DNA from: an uncultured Bacteroidales bacterium
GTDB taxonomy: Bacteria; Bacteroidota; Bacteroidia; Bacteroidales; VadinHA17
Direction: 5' to 3'
NCBI GenBank assembly: GCA_963791065.1
Contig: CAWBQN010000018.1
Coordinates: 269,697-333,696 of the forward strand
DNA: 64,000 nt
Part shown: positions 9,692 to 19,295 of the stretch, in pieces
Layout: each line of letters begins with the position of its first letter
How positions within the stretch are numbered: the first letter of the stretch is position 1
Made by a program: the position numbers and the translations under genes
The notes under the pieces: model-generated
The model's database searches: none
Seen by the model: the letters and a program-made list of their open reading frames with translations, nothing else
Told to the model about the DNA's origin: nothing

Positions 9692-10090
9692 TTAAATGTC
9701 TTTATTGAAATGTTTTACAATTAACTGGTTCAGATATGCTTTGTTGAAAGGTTTTGGGAAGTAATCATTAATTAAAGTTCCTGAGAAATCTTCAACTAAT
9801 TCGGATAATGCAGCAGCAGTCATTACAAAAATGACAACCTTTTTATTTATTTGCCGGATTCTCCTGGTAGCTTCAAAACCATCCATGTTATGCATATAGA
9901 CATCCATTAAAATCAAATCTATATCGGGGTTATTCTCAACTGCGCTGACAGCATCTTTTCCACTGTCAGCAAAAATAATTTCACTGCTATAAATTTTAAG
10001 CATCTCACCAAGAACAATCCTTATCGGGTTGCTATCGTCAACTACTAAGATTTTGAGATTATATGTCTTCTTTTCCTGATCTGAAATCAT
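9692..10090 (-). CDS. Single-domain response regulator (CheY-like receiver)
   Basis: ILVVDD, DLILMD..M..MDG, MTA, FPKPF. Confidence 0.9.
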   Translation of the reverse strand: MISDQEKKTYNLKILVVDDSNPIRIVLGEMLKIYSSEIIFADSGKDAVSAVENNPDIDLILMDVYMHNMDGFEATRRIRQINKKVVIFVMTAAALSELVEDFSGTLINDYFPKPFNKAYLNQLIVKHFNKDI

Positions 10091-10172
10091 AATTCCTATT
10101 TTGAGTTCAAAGAAAGCTTAAATTGATAATAAAGCAAGTTACTTAAATAAACAAAAAACGCAAAGAAGTAAA

Positions 10173-10193
10173 TAAGGAGTAAGGAGTAAGGAG
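10173..10193. repeat. Heptamer TAAGGAG x3
   Basis: Perfect tandem 6 bp beyond the ABC permease stop. Confidence 0.85.
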
Positions 10194-10199
10194 ATTATT

Positions 10200-12572
10200 T
10201 TATTCATATTTCAAGCTCTCCGAGGGATTAGCTCGTGATGATCTTAAGATTTGTATACTTATTGAGATCAGAACGATAAGGCATGATAATAAACCAATCA
10301 GGAAAAACATTGATAATTTTATTGGCGCTTTGTATGCGAAATTCTGAAGCCAGAGTTTAGAAATGAAAACACCCAGAGGAACCGCCAGAATATTAGCTAT
10401 CACAAGCAACAGTAAAAACTCTTTGAAAAACAGTTTTGATATTGTTAAGGAAGTTGCCCCCATAACCTTCCTGATACCGATTTCTTTAGTTCTCTGTTTT
10501 GAAATAAATAATGATAAGCCAACAAGCCCCATGCAGGCAATAATCGATGAAACAATAGTAAAAGCCAATACTACTGATCCCAATCTCAGTTCCGAAATAT
10601 AATTCTCATCATTTATTTGATTGAAAAACCTTATGTCAAATTTATCACCTGGCTGGACATCCAAGATAGACTTTCTAATATATTCCAATGTGGCCTTAAT
10701 ATTGTTTTTATCTACCCTGATTGCAATGTCCTCAAATTCATGATTGTTAATAACAATTGCAGTTGGGATTATTTTTTTATGTAATGAATGAATATGGAAG
10801 TCTTCAATAATTCCTATTACAGTGAATTTATCATACATAAAATCAACTTGTTTCCCCAATTCATCGCTTAATAAACCAATACTTTTCAAAGCCGATTTTG
10901 TCATGATAACTGACTTGGTTGCACTTGAAGAAGAAATGTTTGAGAAATCATTACCTGCAACTAGTTTAATGCCTAAGGTCTTAATAAAATCTTTTTCTAC
11001 GACAAACAACTCGAGATCAATTTTCTTTTCAGGGTCATCTACACATCTAACTTTCTGTATCATAGTATTGGCAGTTGGAGGTAAGAACATTGTAGCACTG
11101 ACATCTAAAACTCCAGGACTTTTTATTAATTCTTCTTTGATAGCATTAAATCTTTCTCTCGAAATAAAATTCCAACGTCGAACAATTAGTAAATTTTCCC
11201 TGTCAAAGCCTAAATCTTTATTTCTAAAATAAGCTGACTGGTTATTAATTATAGTTGAAAACTGCATGAGACTAATGAACAGGACCAACTGTAGGCCTAT
11301 TAATATTTTCGCAAGCAGACTTCTTTTTAAAACTGAATCTGGGAATGACATTACTATTTCGACTGTTTTATATTTGGAAATTTTTCTGGAAATTATAAAC
11401 CCGGACAGAAAACCAACAATTAATGTAGCAATTATTATCATAGCTAACACCTGCCATTGAAGGGTATCCATTAATCGTTTCCCAAATATAGCTTCACAAT
11501 GAGGAGCCAGATAAACATAGATAGAAAAAGCAAAAGGGAAAGCGATTAGAGCTTCAATCAATGATCCGCTGATAAGTTGTATGAAGAGATACGTATTATT
11601 GCTTCCAAATGCTTTTCGAATTCCAACTTCTTTAAATCGTTTTGATGCCCGTGCGGTAGAAAGAATAATATAATTTGCACAACCTGCAATCAACAATACC
11701 ATAAGAACAATCAGGTAAATCCAAATAATTACCGGATTGCCATTCTGATTAATCGTGTTATTTACCAGGTACGATGAATGGAGATACATTTCAGGTAACG
11801 GCTGAAGCTGGCAAGTATAATTTATATCTTTTACAGTTGACAGATTGTCGTTTATTTTCTGCTCAATTTCTTTTGGTATTGCTTGCCGGGTGAGTAAAAT
11901 AAAGGTATTTAGTATGCCATTATCCCTTAGATTAGTTGATTTAATATCTATATCAAGTAACTTCTGCAAAAAAGAGATATTAGTCAGAAAATCAAACTGT
12001 AAAGTTGAATTAACGGGTAAATCCGCAATGACTCCTGTAACAGTCAAAGAAACATCCTTACCATTCTTGTCGATCATTAATTCATTGCCAACAATATTAA
12101 GACTGTTAAAATATTTAAGCGCTTTTGATTTAGTAAGGACAACTGAGTTCGCTTCTTTTAATAATAAAGAAGGATTCCCGGCGAGAATTCTGAATGAAAA
12201 AATGCTGAAAACAGAATTATCCGTGCAGATAAAATTATTTTCCGTTATGAGCTCATTGTTTTTCTTAATATCTACAGTAATATTTTGAATCCTGCATGCA
12301 CTTTTAATTTCCGGTATCCGACTTGAAAAAAACTCTGCAGCATAAAATGAAGTCATGGGGGAATATGCGTCAAAGTCTTTGTTTTTTGTAATTATTCTAA
12401 ATATTTGTTTCCCGTTTTTTTGAAATTTGTCATAAGAAAGCTCTGTTGTAAGGTAAAGCAAAATGATAAAGGCAGAGGCTAAGCTTAATATCAGACCCAG
12501 AATATTGATTCCGGCATATAATTTATTGCTGAAAATATTCCTGAAAGTAAGTTTGATAAAGTGCCTGAGCAT
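10200..12572 (-). CDS. ABC transporter permease (duplicated MacB/FtsX type)
   Basis: INILGL, ELSYDKF, R.KEVGIRK.FG, DLGFD.EN, RTKEIGIRKVMGA, WLQNFAYK, ANP.ESLKYE. Confidence 0.92.
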   Translation of the reverse strand: MLRHFIKLTFRNIFSNKLYAGINILGLILSLASAFIILLYLTTELSYDKFQKNGKQIFRIITKNKDFDAYSPMTSFYAAEFFSSRIPEIKSACRIQNITVDIKKNNELITENNFICTDNSVFSIFSFRILAGNPSLLLKEANSVVLTKSKALKYFNSLNIVGNELMIDKNGKDVSLTVTGVIADLPVNSTLQFDFLTNISFLQKLLDIDIKSTNLRDNGILNTFILLTRQAIPKEIEQKINDNLSTVKDINYTCQLQPLPEMYLHSSYLVNNTINQNGNPVIIWIYLIVLMVLLIAGCANYIILSTARASKRFKEVGIRKAFGSNNTYLFIQLISGSLIEALIAFPFAFSIYVYLAPHCEAIFGKRLMDTLQWQVLAMIIIATLIVGFLSGFIISRKISKYKTVEIVMSFPDSVLKRSLLAKILIGLQLVLFISLMQFSTIINNQSAYFRNKDLGFDRENLLIVRRWNFISRERFNAIKEELIKSPGVLDVSATMFLPPTANTMIQKVRCVDDPEKKIDLELFVVEKDFIKTLGIKLVAGNDFSNISSSSATKSVIMTKSALKSIGLLSDELGKQVDFMYDKFTVIGIIEDFHIHSLHKKIIPTAIVINNHEFEDIAIRVDKNNIKATLEYIRKSILDVQPGDKFDIRFFNQINDENYISELRLGSVVLAFTIVSSIIACMGLVGLSLFISKQRTKEIGIRKVMGATSLTISKLFFKEFLLLLVIANILAVPLGVFISKLWLQNFAYKAPIKLSMFFLIGLLSCLIVLISISIQILRSSRANPSESLKYE

Positions 12573-12584
12573 ATAAACCGGTTA

Positions 12585-13298
12585 TTAAAACTTAAAAGTT
12601 GAATCAGCTATTGTAGGGTTAATCAGATACTCCTTGATGGTTACTTTACTGAAGCAACCACCATGATTAGATTGAGAAATCTCAAAGGGAAGCTGCATTC
12701 CTTTTACGCTTTTGTAATTCGAATATGTCGCAATGGTAGGGTCTGGAAAATCAGGAAAGTATACAACCTGTTTTAGAAGATAATTTTTTGAATCAATATA
12801 ATATACAAGAGTATCAGAGGAATTTGTAATAATTCGGATCTTGAATAGTTCATTCTTATTTATCATAGTTTTGCCTTCATATTTAACTTGCTTGCATTTT
12901 TTTTGCCAGTTATACAATAGACCCTGGATATCTGACTTTTCCATTGATTGTATCCTGTCGATACTTATATCAGGGAAATTTTCTTTTCCACTATTGCCAG
13001 TAAAAGGACTGAGTATTCCGCCTTTTCCGTTATTGTATATAATAGAGTGAATCTTACCAAACATATAGATATCAACTCTGAACTTATCTGGATTTTTAAT
13101 ATATTCTTTAAAGTCATCCTTAACATTGACTTTTATTACTGTACGCTCTCCTTTTACAATAAGGGTTTGAAGCTCATTAAATTTTGTTTGGCCCCTTGCC
13201 AGGAGATAATTATCAATGATCTTATCTAACGTTTGTGAAAAAAGGGGAGTTTGAAACATACAAATCAAGAAAGTAAAAAAGAATGCATTTTTAGACAT
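12585..13298 (-). CDS. Secreted hypothetical protein (possible lipoprotein-sorting/LolA-like fold)
   Basis: Signal peptide; IIDNYL.ARG, P.KFR, YSNYKSVKG..LPF pattern. Confidence 0.6.
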   Translation of the reverse strand: MSKNAFFFTFLICMFQTPLFSQTLDKIIDNYLLARGQTKFNELQTLIVKGERTVIKVNVKDDFKEYIKNPDKFRVDIYMFGKIHSIIYNNGKGGILSPFTGNSGKENFPDISIDRIQSMEKSDIQGLLYNWQKKCKQVKYEGKTMINKNELFKIRIITNSSDTLVYYIDSKNYLLKQVVYFPDFPDPTIATYSNYKSVKGMQLPFEISQSNHGGCFSKVTIKEYLINPTIADSTFKF

Positions 13299-13366
13299 TG
13301 CATTAAGTATTGATTTGAAATATTATAGATGTTGTTCAATATCGTACAGTATGGATGAACATTATC

Positions 13367-13732
13367 TCAATCCATCTTAATGACAATATTTTCTTCTTCA
13401 TTTAATGTGACTTCTTTGCTTTTATTAGCTGAAACATTGATAACTGTGATCTTTGTAACACTGGCAGGAATTGAATCGAGGACAAATTTTCCTTCAGAGT
13501 CAGCTACCGCTCCAACAGATTTGTTTGTTATCGGATTAAAAAAAGTTATTAACGATCCACCAACAGGCTTCATGTCTGCCGCATTAACAACTTCACCGGT
13601 AATCCTTCTATATTTAATAATGGTTTTGTCCTCAGTTATTCCACGTTTGTGTTGTGAACCTGAACTACAGCTGTTCATGCCTGATAATAAACTCAAGCTT
13701 AATAGTACAAAAACAAATAATCGTGATTTCAT
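13367..13732 (-). CDS. Probable lipoprotein with carboxypeptidase-regulatory-like domain
   Basis: Hydrophobic leader ending in NSC; ITGEV......PV.G, AD.EGKF.L..IP. Confidence 0.7.
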   Translation of the reverse strand: MKSRLFVFVLLSLSLLSGMNSCSSGSQHKRGITEDKTIIKYRRITGEVVNAADMKPVGGSLITFFNPITNKSVGAVADSEGKFVLDSIPASVTKITVINVSANKSKEVTLNEEENIVIKMD

Positions 13733-13830
13733 AGGGCTAAAGGTTAGTAGGGTTATGTTTAGAATATCAAAAATTATACCAACTGAATCTCAGATGTTTA
13801 AGTAGTTTACTAATCTGGCTTTTCATATTT

Positions 13831-14373
13831 TTAAGTATTGATGGTAATCTCAGTCTGGCTGATTTTCCTGAGAGTTTTCATTGTTTCAACTATACTGATG
13901 TTTAATTTCTTGTTAATTGGTTTGTCTGATACGACCAGGGATTCGGAAGCTGAATTGATAAAATTGATTTTTAGAATATATGTGAAATTATGACTTAAAC
14001 TGCCACCGATGTTAACATTAGGAAGGTGTTTATCGAGTTCAATTTTCCTGATCGAACTGAATTGATAATCTGTTGTGGAATCCGCTATTCTTTTTATAAT
14101 ACCAGTTCTTGTGAATTCGATGTCACCGATAGCTTTAATGTTTTTAAAATTGGATTTTAGTAATAAGTAAAAGAAAAGATTGAAACATATGAGCGTCGCT
14201 AACAAGATTATATAAAGAATAGTAAAATCAATATTAAGAATTTTCAGACTAAGAACGAAAAATAAAACAGGTATGGTAGATATTACGGCCGAATAAGCGA
14301 TTATTCGTCTCATTTTTATTCCAAGATACTTTGGATCAAAATGGTCGATCTGATAAATTCTAAATTGACTCAC
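13831..14373 (-). CDS. Hypothetical two-TM membrane protein
   Basis: Two hydrophobic helices followed by a soluble domain. Confidence 0.6.
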   Translation of the reverse strand: MSQFRIYQIDHFDPKYLGIKMRRIIAYSAVISTIPVLFFVLSLKILNIDFTILYIILLATLICFNLFFYLLLKSNFKNIKAIGDIEFTRTGIIKRIADSTTDYQFSSIRKIELDKHLPNVNIGGSLSHNFTYILKINFINSASESLVVSDKPINKKLNISIVETMKTLRKISQTEITINT

Positions 14374-14465
14374 GATTTTTTGAGTTTTAGTGTCTGCTTA
14401 GTCGGTGTAAAATGAATTCATATTTGAGTCAAGATAAGCAATAGTTTAATATGTTGTCAATCATC

Positions 14466-14544
14466 GTAGTGAGTCGTCTGACATTTTGTTTAGACAGGGG
14501 ATTTTCTGCATCAGTTGCATAAGCCTTCAACTGAACGAAACTAC
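14466..14544 (+). ncRNA. Candidate NiCo (czcD)-like metal riboswitch variant
   Basis: Four-way junction: P1 GTAGT/ACTAC, P2 GTC..GAC, P3 GGA/TCT, P4 TCAGTTG/CAACTGA, with GAG, GG, GCA and GA junction bases; 37 bp upstream of a cation transporter. Compared to the consensus from memory. Confidence 0.55.
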
Positions 14545-14581
14545 TCATTAAGTGTTAAAGAAGTGACGGATTTATTTAATC

Positions 14582-15212
14582 ATGGAATCAAAAGATACAA
14601 ACTCATATAAATTGGCGTACCAATTAAGCCTGTTTACCATCTTTTACAACATTATCGAAGGGTTAGTATCAATGATTCTAGGCTATGAAGATGCAACCCT
14701 CACATTATTAGGTTTTGGAGCAGATAGTTTCATTGAAGTAATGTCGGGGATTGGCATTGCAATAATGATATTACGAATCAAACAAAATCCGGACAGTCCA
14801 AAAAGTACTTTTGAGATAAAAGCATTAAAAATTACAGGTACTGCTTTTTATCTTTTGTCGGCAGGATTGTTTGCAGGGATTGTTATTAAATCTCATCAAC
14901 CATCATAAACCGGAAACTACACTTTGGGGAGTAATAATATCACTGATTTCAATTTTAGTAATGGTCTGGTTGATGAATGCCAAAAAGAAAGTTGGCAGAA
15001 AACTGCATTCTGAACCAATAATTGCTGATGCCAATTGTACAAAGGTTTGTGTATATATGTCATTAGTACTGCTCGTATCAAGTCTTATTTATGAACTCAC
15101 AGGATTTGCCTATGCTGATGCAATTGGTGCTGCAGGTCTGATTTATTTTTCCATAACTGAAGGTAAAGAAGCTTTTGAGAAGGCTAAGGGTCAGGTAAAA
15201 TGTATTCAATAA
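14582..15212 (+). CDS. Cation-efflux (CDF-like) transmembrane transporter, one frameshift near 14885
   Basis: ORFs 14582-14908 and 14871-15212 join into one 6-TM protein; NIIEG, GFGADSFIE, IADA.CT..C.Y, AD..GA motifs. Confidence 0.8.
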
Positions 15213-15284
15213 TTCTGAGGACCAGGGATCTCACAGATCTCAGCCTTAACCTCAACCTAAGCCCTGGCCTCTGGCCAGGTTTGT

Positions 15285-15965
15285 CTATTTTTCCCCCATT
15301 GCGTTTCTGAGCCCGTTTATGGCTTTTATGGGCGCTTCGGTGATTAGCCTGTTGGAGATCCAATTTGGGATAGTTCCTGCAGGATCAACAAAACCATCAA
15401 GGACAATATGAGTCATTTCTTTACCGGCAGGTATTATGATCCATGTCTGCCGGTAGTCTTTTATGCGAATCATGTCTTTGCGTTCAGGAATGGCTCCATT
15501 GAGCGCAACTGCATCAATCCTGCGTTCCCCGCTAACTGCATCGACAGTAATTGTAACATTTACGCATAAGTCACGATCAGTAACTGGCCAGGGTAAATTA
15601 TATATCATATAGTACTGCGCTCTTTTATCCTTTTCATGAAGCAGCACTTTGATCTGAGTAACCTTCTTGTCCCACCAGGCAGTATTATTGACATCCTCCA
15701 TCAACTTGAAAATCTTTTCTGCCGGGGCATTTATGTCGGTAATCGCTTTATAGGATTTCAGTGACTTTCCGGCCTCTACACGTGTGAATACTTTAATACC
15801 ATCTTTTTCTTTGATAAAATCCCAGGATTGTGCTTTTATCGAAGATGGAAGCATCAGGATAATGAATAACATTAAAATATAGTCAAACTGAGTTTTTATT
15901 CCTGAATAAATCAATACCATATTTATAAATCCTTTAACTACAACGGAACATAAAGTCAAGCTCAT
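15285..15965 (-). CDS. START/SRPBCC lipid-binding domain protein (true start probably downstream of 15965)
   Basis: W..IKEKDGIKVF, PWPVTDRD, DPAG.IP.W..N. Confidence 0.85.
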   Translation of the reverse strand: MSLTLCSVVVKGFINMVLIYSGIKTQFDYILMLFIILMLPSSIKAQSWDFIKEKDGIKVFTRVEAGKSLKSYKAITDINAPAEKIFKLMEDVNNTAWWDKKVTQIKVLLHEKDKRAQYYMIYNLPWPVTDRDLCVNVTITVDAVSGERRIDAVALNGAIPERKDMIRIKDYRQTWIIIPAGKEMTHIVLDGFVDPAGTIPNWISNRLITEAPIKAINGLRNAMGEK

Positions 15966-17095
15966 TTTATATCCGCAAGATTATTTAATCCTGTCAGAAC
16001 ATCCTCCTTTATTATTTTCTGCATTTTATCGGGTTCCTCAAAAAATGGACTGTGAGCGGATTTTTCAAAGATGTAAAATCCCTTCACAGGTGCTTTGAGT
16101 TTCTCAAAATACTTTTTTGCCTCTGCAGAAGAACAGGTGTAGTCATATGCTCCTTCAAAAAAATATACAGGGATCTTAAGCTCAGTCACCTTTTCTGACA
16201 GATCCGTGGCCAGGATATTCGTCCAGACAATGCTTATGCCTGCGCGTGATTTACTAACCCACGTATTTACCTTTTCTGATAATGTATATTCCCGGCATTT
16301 CAGTGAAGGAAGGAAGATTCCGCTAATTACCGATTTCATATCGTGAATTGTGCCGATGCCCAGACTGTGCATGCCAATATCCCTTATATAAGTATAAGCC
16401 GGGGGCGTGCCGTTTTCCGGCGTTACCGGGGAAGCTTCCAGTTTCTTTACCATTTTTAAATCTCCTTTATCCCGGAATTGTTCAAGCATAAAATTATATG
16501 CAAGTATCTCTGATCGGAGCTGATTTGAAATCTGGGCAACTCCAAGATAAGCGTTGTATAATTCCGGATACATTGCTGCCGTCTGGATTCCAACGAATGA
16601 TCCGCCGGAATGTCCCATCAGGTAGATCTTTTTCTTTCCAAACCGCTTGAGAAGGTAATTTGTGATCTCTTTCGTATCGGAAATCATTTGTTCAGGCGTC
16701 ATGGTCGAGGGTGGAATCGTTTTGCTGTAGGAGAGTCCTGAGCCACGCTGTTCCCACCATACCATTGTGAAATAGTTTTCAAGACCTGTCGGATATTTTT
16801 CATTGAGAAAATAGTCTGGCATACCGCCATGAAGATAAAGCAGCACGGGGTTGGCTGCATTTTTGCTTTTGATAAACATGCCTTGCCTCACTCCATTGAT
16901 GTCGACAAACAGTTTTTCTGAAATGCTTCCCTCAAGAGGTTTCCCATTTTCATCTAAGAATGGTTTAGCTTTTCCCGGACTGTATATCAGAAGCGCTCCT
17001 GAAAGAATGAGTATGCAAACCAATAAGAAAGAAAGTATTATCAACATAATTCGCCCCCCTTTTTGTATGTTTGATATATTTGAAAATCGCTTCAT
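15962..17095 (-). CDS. Alpha/beta hydrolase (proline-iminopeptidase-like)
   Basis: N-terminal TM; LHGGMP, WEQRGSG, GHSGG, G.YD, SAHSPFFEEP. Confidence 0.9.
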   Translation of the reverse strand: MKRFSNISNIQKGGRIMLIILSFLLVCILILSGALLIYSPGKAKPFLDENGKPLEGSISEKLFVDINGVRQGMFIKSKNAANPVLLYLHGGMPDYFLNEKYPTGLENYFTMVWWEQRGSGLSYSKTIPPSTMTPEQMISDTKEITNYLLKRFGKKKIYLMGHSGGSFVGIQTAAMYPELYNAYLGVAQISNQLRSEILAYNFMLEQFRDKGDLKMVKKLEASPVTPENGTPPAYTYIRDIGMHSLGIGTIHDMKSVISGIFLPSLKCREYTLSEKVNTWVSKSRAGISIVWTNILATDLSEKVTELKIPVYFFEGAYDYTCSSAEAKKYFEKLKAPVKGFYIFEKSAHSPFFEEPDKMQKIIKEDVLTGLNNLADIK

Positions 17096-17437
17096 TTTAC
17101 TTACTTGTGTCAGCTGGTGTTTAGATCATACAGGAAGTGTAAATTTTATCAGGCACAGCCTCAATGTTATTATCAAATTTATCAAAAAAACGACACATTC
17201 GCACCTTTTCCGGTCTGCCTGCGCACGTTCTAAAGTTGTAAATTGTTGACAACTAGCGAAAAAGAGGGGGGATGCCTCCCCCCTTCAAGAACCTCAGGTT
17301 ATGTAACTTGAGGTATGCAAAAAAAAAGATAGATCAAAAGTAGTCTTTAAAGACTATAGTCCCAACGTTTTTGAAGAGTCCGGTTAACATGCTTGAATTT
17401 GTTTCGGTAATATCTATTTTCTTTAAATATTCACTTA

Positions 17438-17677
17438 CTATTTCAATGATTGCACTAACTGCTTCTTTATCTCTCCCTGGTCTGAAATTACCGGTGTCCA
17501 GGATGTAAGGAGTATAGCGAATTCTCTGTTATTCCTGATTGCTTCAAGAGATTCTACCAGGTCGGGATAGCTGTCATAATTAGGTATATCGTTCTTCAGT
17601 GGAATGGAGTCTGCTGTAAACAGTATCTTATCTTCCTTGAAAAGGACGTTTAGAGATCCTTTTGAATGACCGGGTGA
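17438..17677 (-). pseudogene. C-terminal remnant of a metallo-beta-lactamase-fold hydrolase
   Basis: Start-less 79-aa frame SPGHSKGSLNVLFKEDKILFTADSIP...LLTSW (PGH..GS and LF.D motifs); a stop lies directly upstream inside the VOC gene; absent from the ORF track. Confidence 0.65.
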
Positions 17678-18045
17678 TCAAATTCGATAAGTTCAATCGG
17701 GGCACCATTATGTTCAATCATTGCAACCCTTATGCCAGGGGTATTTGATTCAGGTTTAGAAATAACATTGAAATCATGGATAGAAAGTTCATAATCTATA
17801 TCCTTTACTTCAAATGCAATATGTGGAATCGTTTGAATTAATTTGTTTACCGGGCTGTCGTTTTCAAATCTCATCCATTCAATTCCAAATGGACTAGCAC
17901 TGAAACCGGATACATAAAATTTGAATTTTGTTAAATAAGTTTCACCTGGCATTTTCTTTGTTGTCGGAATTCCTAAATGATGGTATTTCCATCCCCATTC
18001 ACTTATTGAAATTGATAGTTCATGGTCTAATCTTGGTTTGTCCAT
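17650..18045 (-). CDS. VOC/glyoxalase-like protein
   Basis: YHHLGIPT, PHIAFEV.DI, G.P.IELIE. Confidence 0.8.
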   Translation of the reverse strand: MDKPRLDHELSISISEWGWKYHHLGIPTTKKMPGETYLTKFKFYVSGFSASPFGIEWMRFENDSPVNKLIQTIPHIAFEVKDIDYELSIHDFNVISKPESNTPGIRVAMIEHNGAPIELIEFDHPVIQKDL

Positions 18046-18053
18046 CGGGCGAG

Positions 18054-18129
18054 AATTAAGAAGTAAGTAGTAAGAATTAAGTAGTAAGTAGTAAGAAGTA
18101 AGTAGTAAGTAGTAAGTAGAAGTAATTAG
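18054..18129. repeat. Heptamer tandem WAKTAAG (mostly TAGTAAG) x~10
   Basis: aattaag aagtaag tagtaag aattaag tagtaag tagtaag aagtaag tagtaag tagtaag... Confidence 0.9.
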
Positions 18130-18166
18130 AAAGCGTCGTTTGACCTATATTTTTCCGTATACCGAA

Positions 18167-18568
18167 TTAGCTGGTTCTATTTTTTAAAGCTTTTCTGCCA
18201 AGGATCAGACTGATGCCTATTAAGATGCCGGCAATGACATTGATAAGCTGTCCCTGAATCCTGGGAGCACCAAAAAGTAAATACCCATTTAAAAGACCAT
18301 CAAGAATGAAAAATGTAATTGCAAACCAACCTGTGTTCCAACCTGTTTTACTTTGATCTTTTAACAGGAAGAATGCGGAGATCAAAAAGAGAATCAGAAC
18401 AATTATCAGACCTGATCCTGCGATGATGGTCTGATTGCCTGACGCTGAGATTTCTAATCCGGTAGTTAACATCTTGCCACGGATAATTAACAGAAAACCT
18501 CCGTAGCCTCTGAGAATACCGACCAGGATCATTAAGATCGAAGCGATTACCAACCAGGTCTTTTTCAT
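18167..18568 (-). CDS. Hypothetical 4-TM membrane protein
   Basis: 133 aa, four hydrophobic segments. Confidence 0.7.
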   Translation of the reverse strand: MKKTWLVIASILMILVGILRGYGGFLLIIRGKMLTTGLEISASGNQTIIAGSGLIIVLILFLISAFFLLKDQSKTGWNTGWFAITFFILDGLLNGYLLFGAPRIQGQLINVIAGILIGISLILGRKALKNRTS

Positions 18569-18622
18569 GATTTTAATTATTAAACCGGAACCATCGACTG
18601 AACTTAAAGCAATGGAATTCCT

Positions 18623-19129
18623 CTACCAATTATAGGTTATATCTATGATTTCAAAAACAATATCTTCTTTGGCCCGTTTTAAAATAACTTTGTCTCCATT
18701 TTTTTTATTTATTAATAGTCTTGCCATAGGTGACAGAAAGGATATCTTTCCTTTGGAAATTTCAGCCTCATCAACACCTACTATCTGAAAAGTCTGAATG
18801 TTACCGGATGCTTCTGTTTTGAGGGTTATTATTGCACCGAACCTTATCTCGTTTTGGGGCTGCTCTTTCAGATTTACTATTCTGGCTTCAGCAATCCTGT
18901 TGTTCAACAACTGTAATTTTTCATTAATATAGTTCAGAGCTATTCGTTTCTCATTCTCGCTGGTGTTGACCAGATCGTCTTTTTCATCTGAAAGCCTTTG
19001 TTTTTCAGCCAATAATTGATCCATACCAACCTGCGTAACAAAATTTGTTACTCCTTCCGGTAAATATGCCCTCTGCGGAACTATCGGAATTTCTTCCTGA
19101 TCGTCTTCTTTGACAAATCCTCTGCTCAT
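18623..19129 (-). CDS. GreA/GreB-family elongation factor-like protein
   Basis: MSRGFVKEDD start; IRFGA, FQIVGVDEA, ISFLSPMAR.L. Confidence 0.88.
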   Translation of the reverse strand: MSRGFVKEDDQEEIPIVPQRAYLPEGVTNFVTQVGMDQLLAEKQRLSDEKDDLVNTSENEKRIALNYINEKLQLLNNRIAEARIVNLKEQPQNEIRFGAIITLKTEASGNIQTFQIVGVDEAEISKGKISFLSPMARLLINKKNGDKVILKRAKEDIVFEIIDITYNW

Positions 19130-19161
19130 AGAAGTAAAGGTAAGCAATATCCGGTAAGTTG

Positions 19162-19229
19162 TTAGGAGTAAGGAGTAAGGAGTAAGGAGTAAGGAGTAAG
19201 GAGTAAGGAGTAAGGAGTAAGGAGTAAGG
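19162..19229. repeat. Heptamer TAAGGAG x8 perfect plus 2 imperfect
   Basis: Perfect units at 19169-19224. Confidence 0.95.
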
Positions 19230-19258
19230 GTCGGAACTGCGTAGTCTTTTATTTATTT

Positions 19259-19295
19259 GCCCTGAGCTCTGAGCCCTGTGCCCTTTGCCCTGTGC
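19259..19295. repeat. Heptamer GCCCTGW x5
   Basis: gccctga gctctga gccctgt gcccttt gccctgt, abutting the stop codon at 19295. Confidence 0.88.

Noticed and set aside
14466..14544. Hammerhead ribozyme (CTGA...GAAA)
   Set aside because: No CUGANGA core correctly placed relative to the stems on either strand
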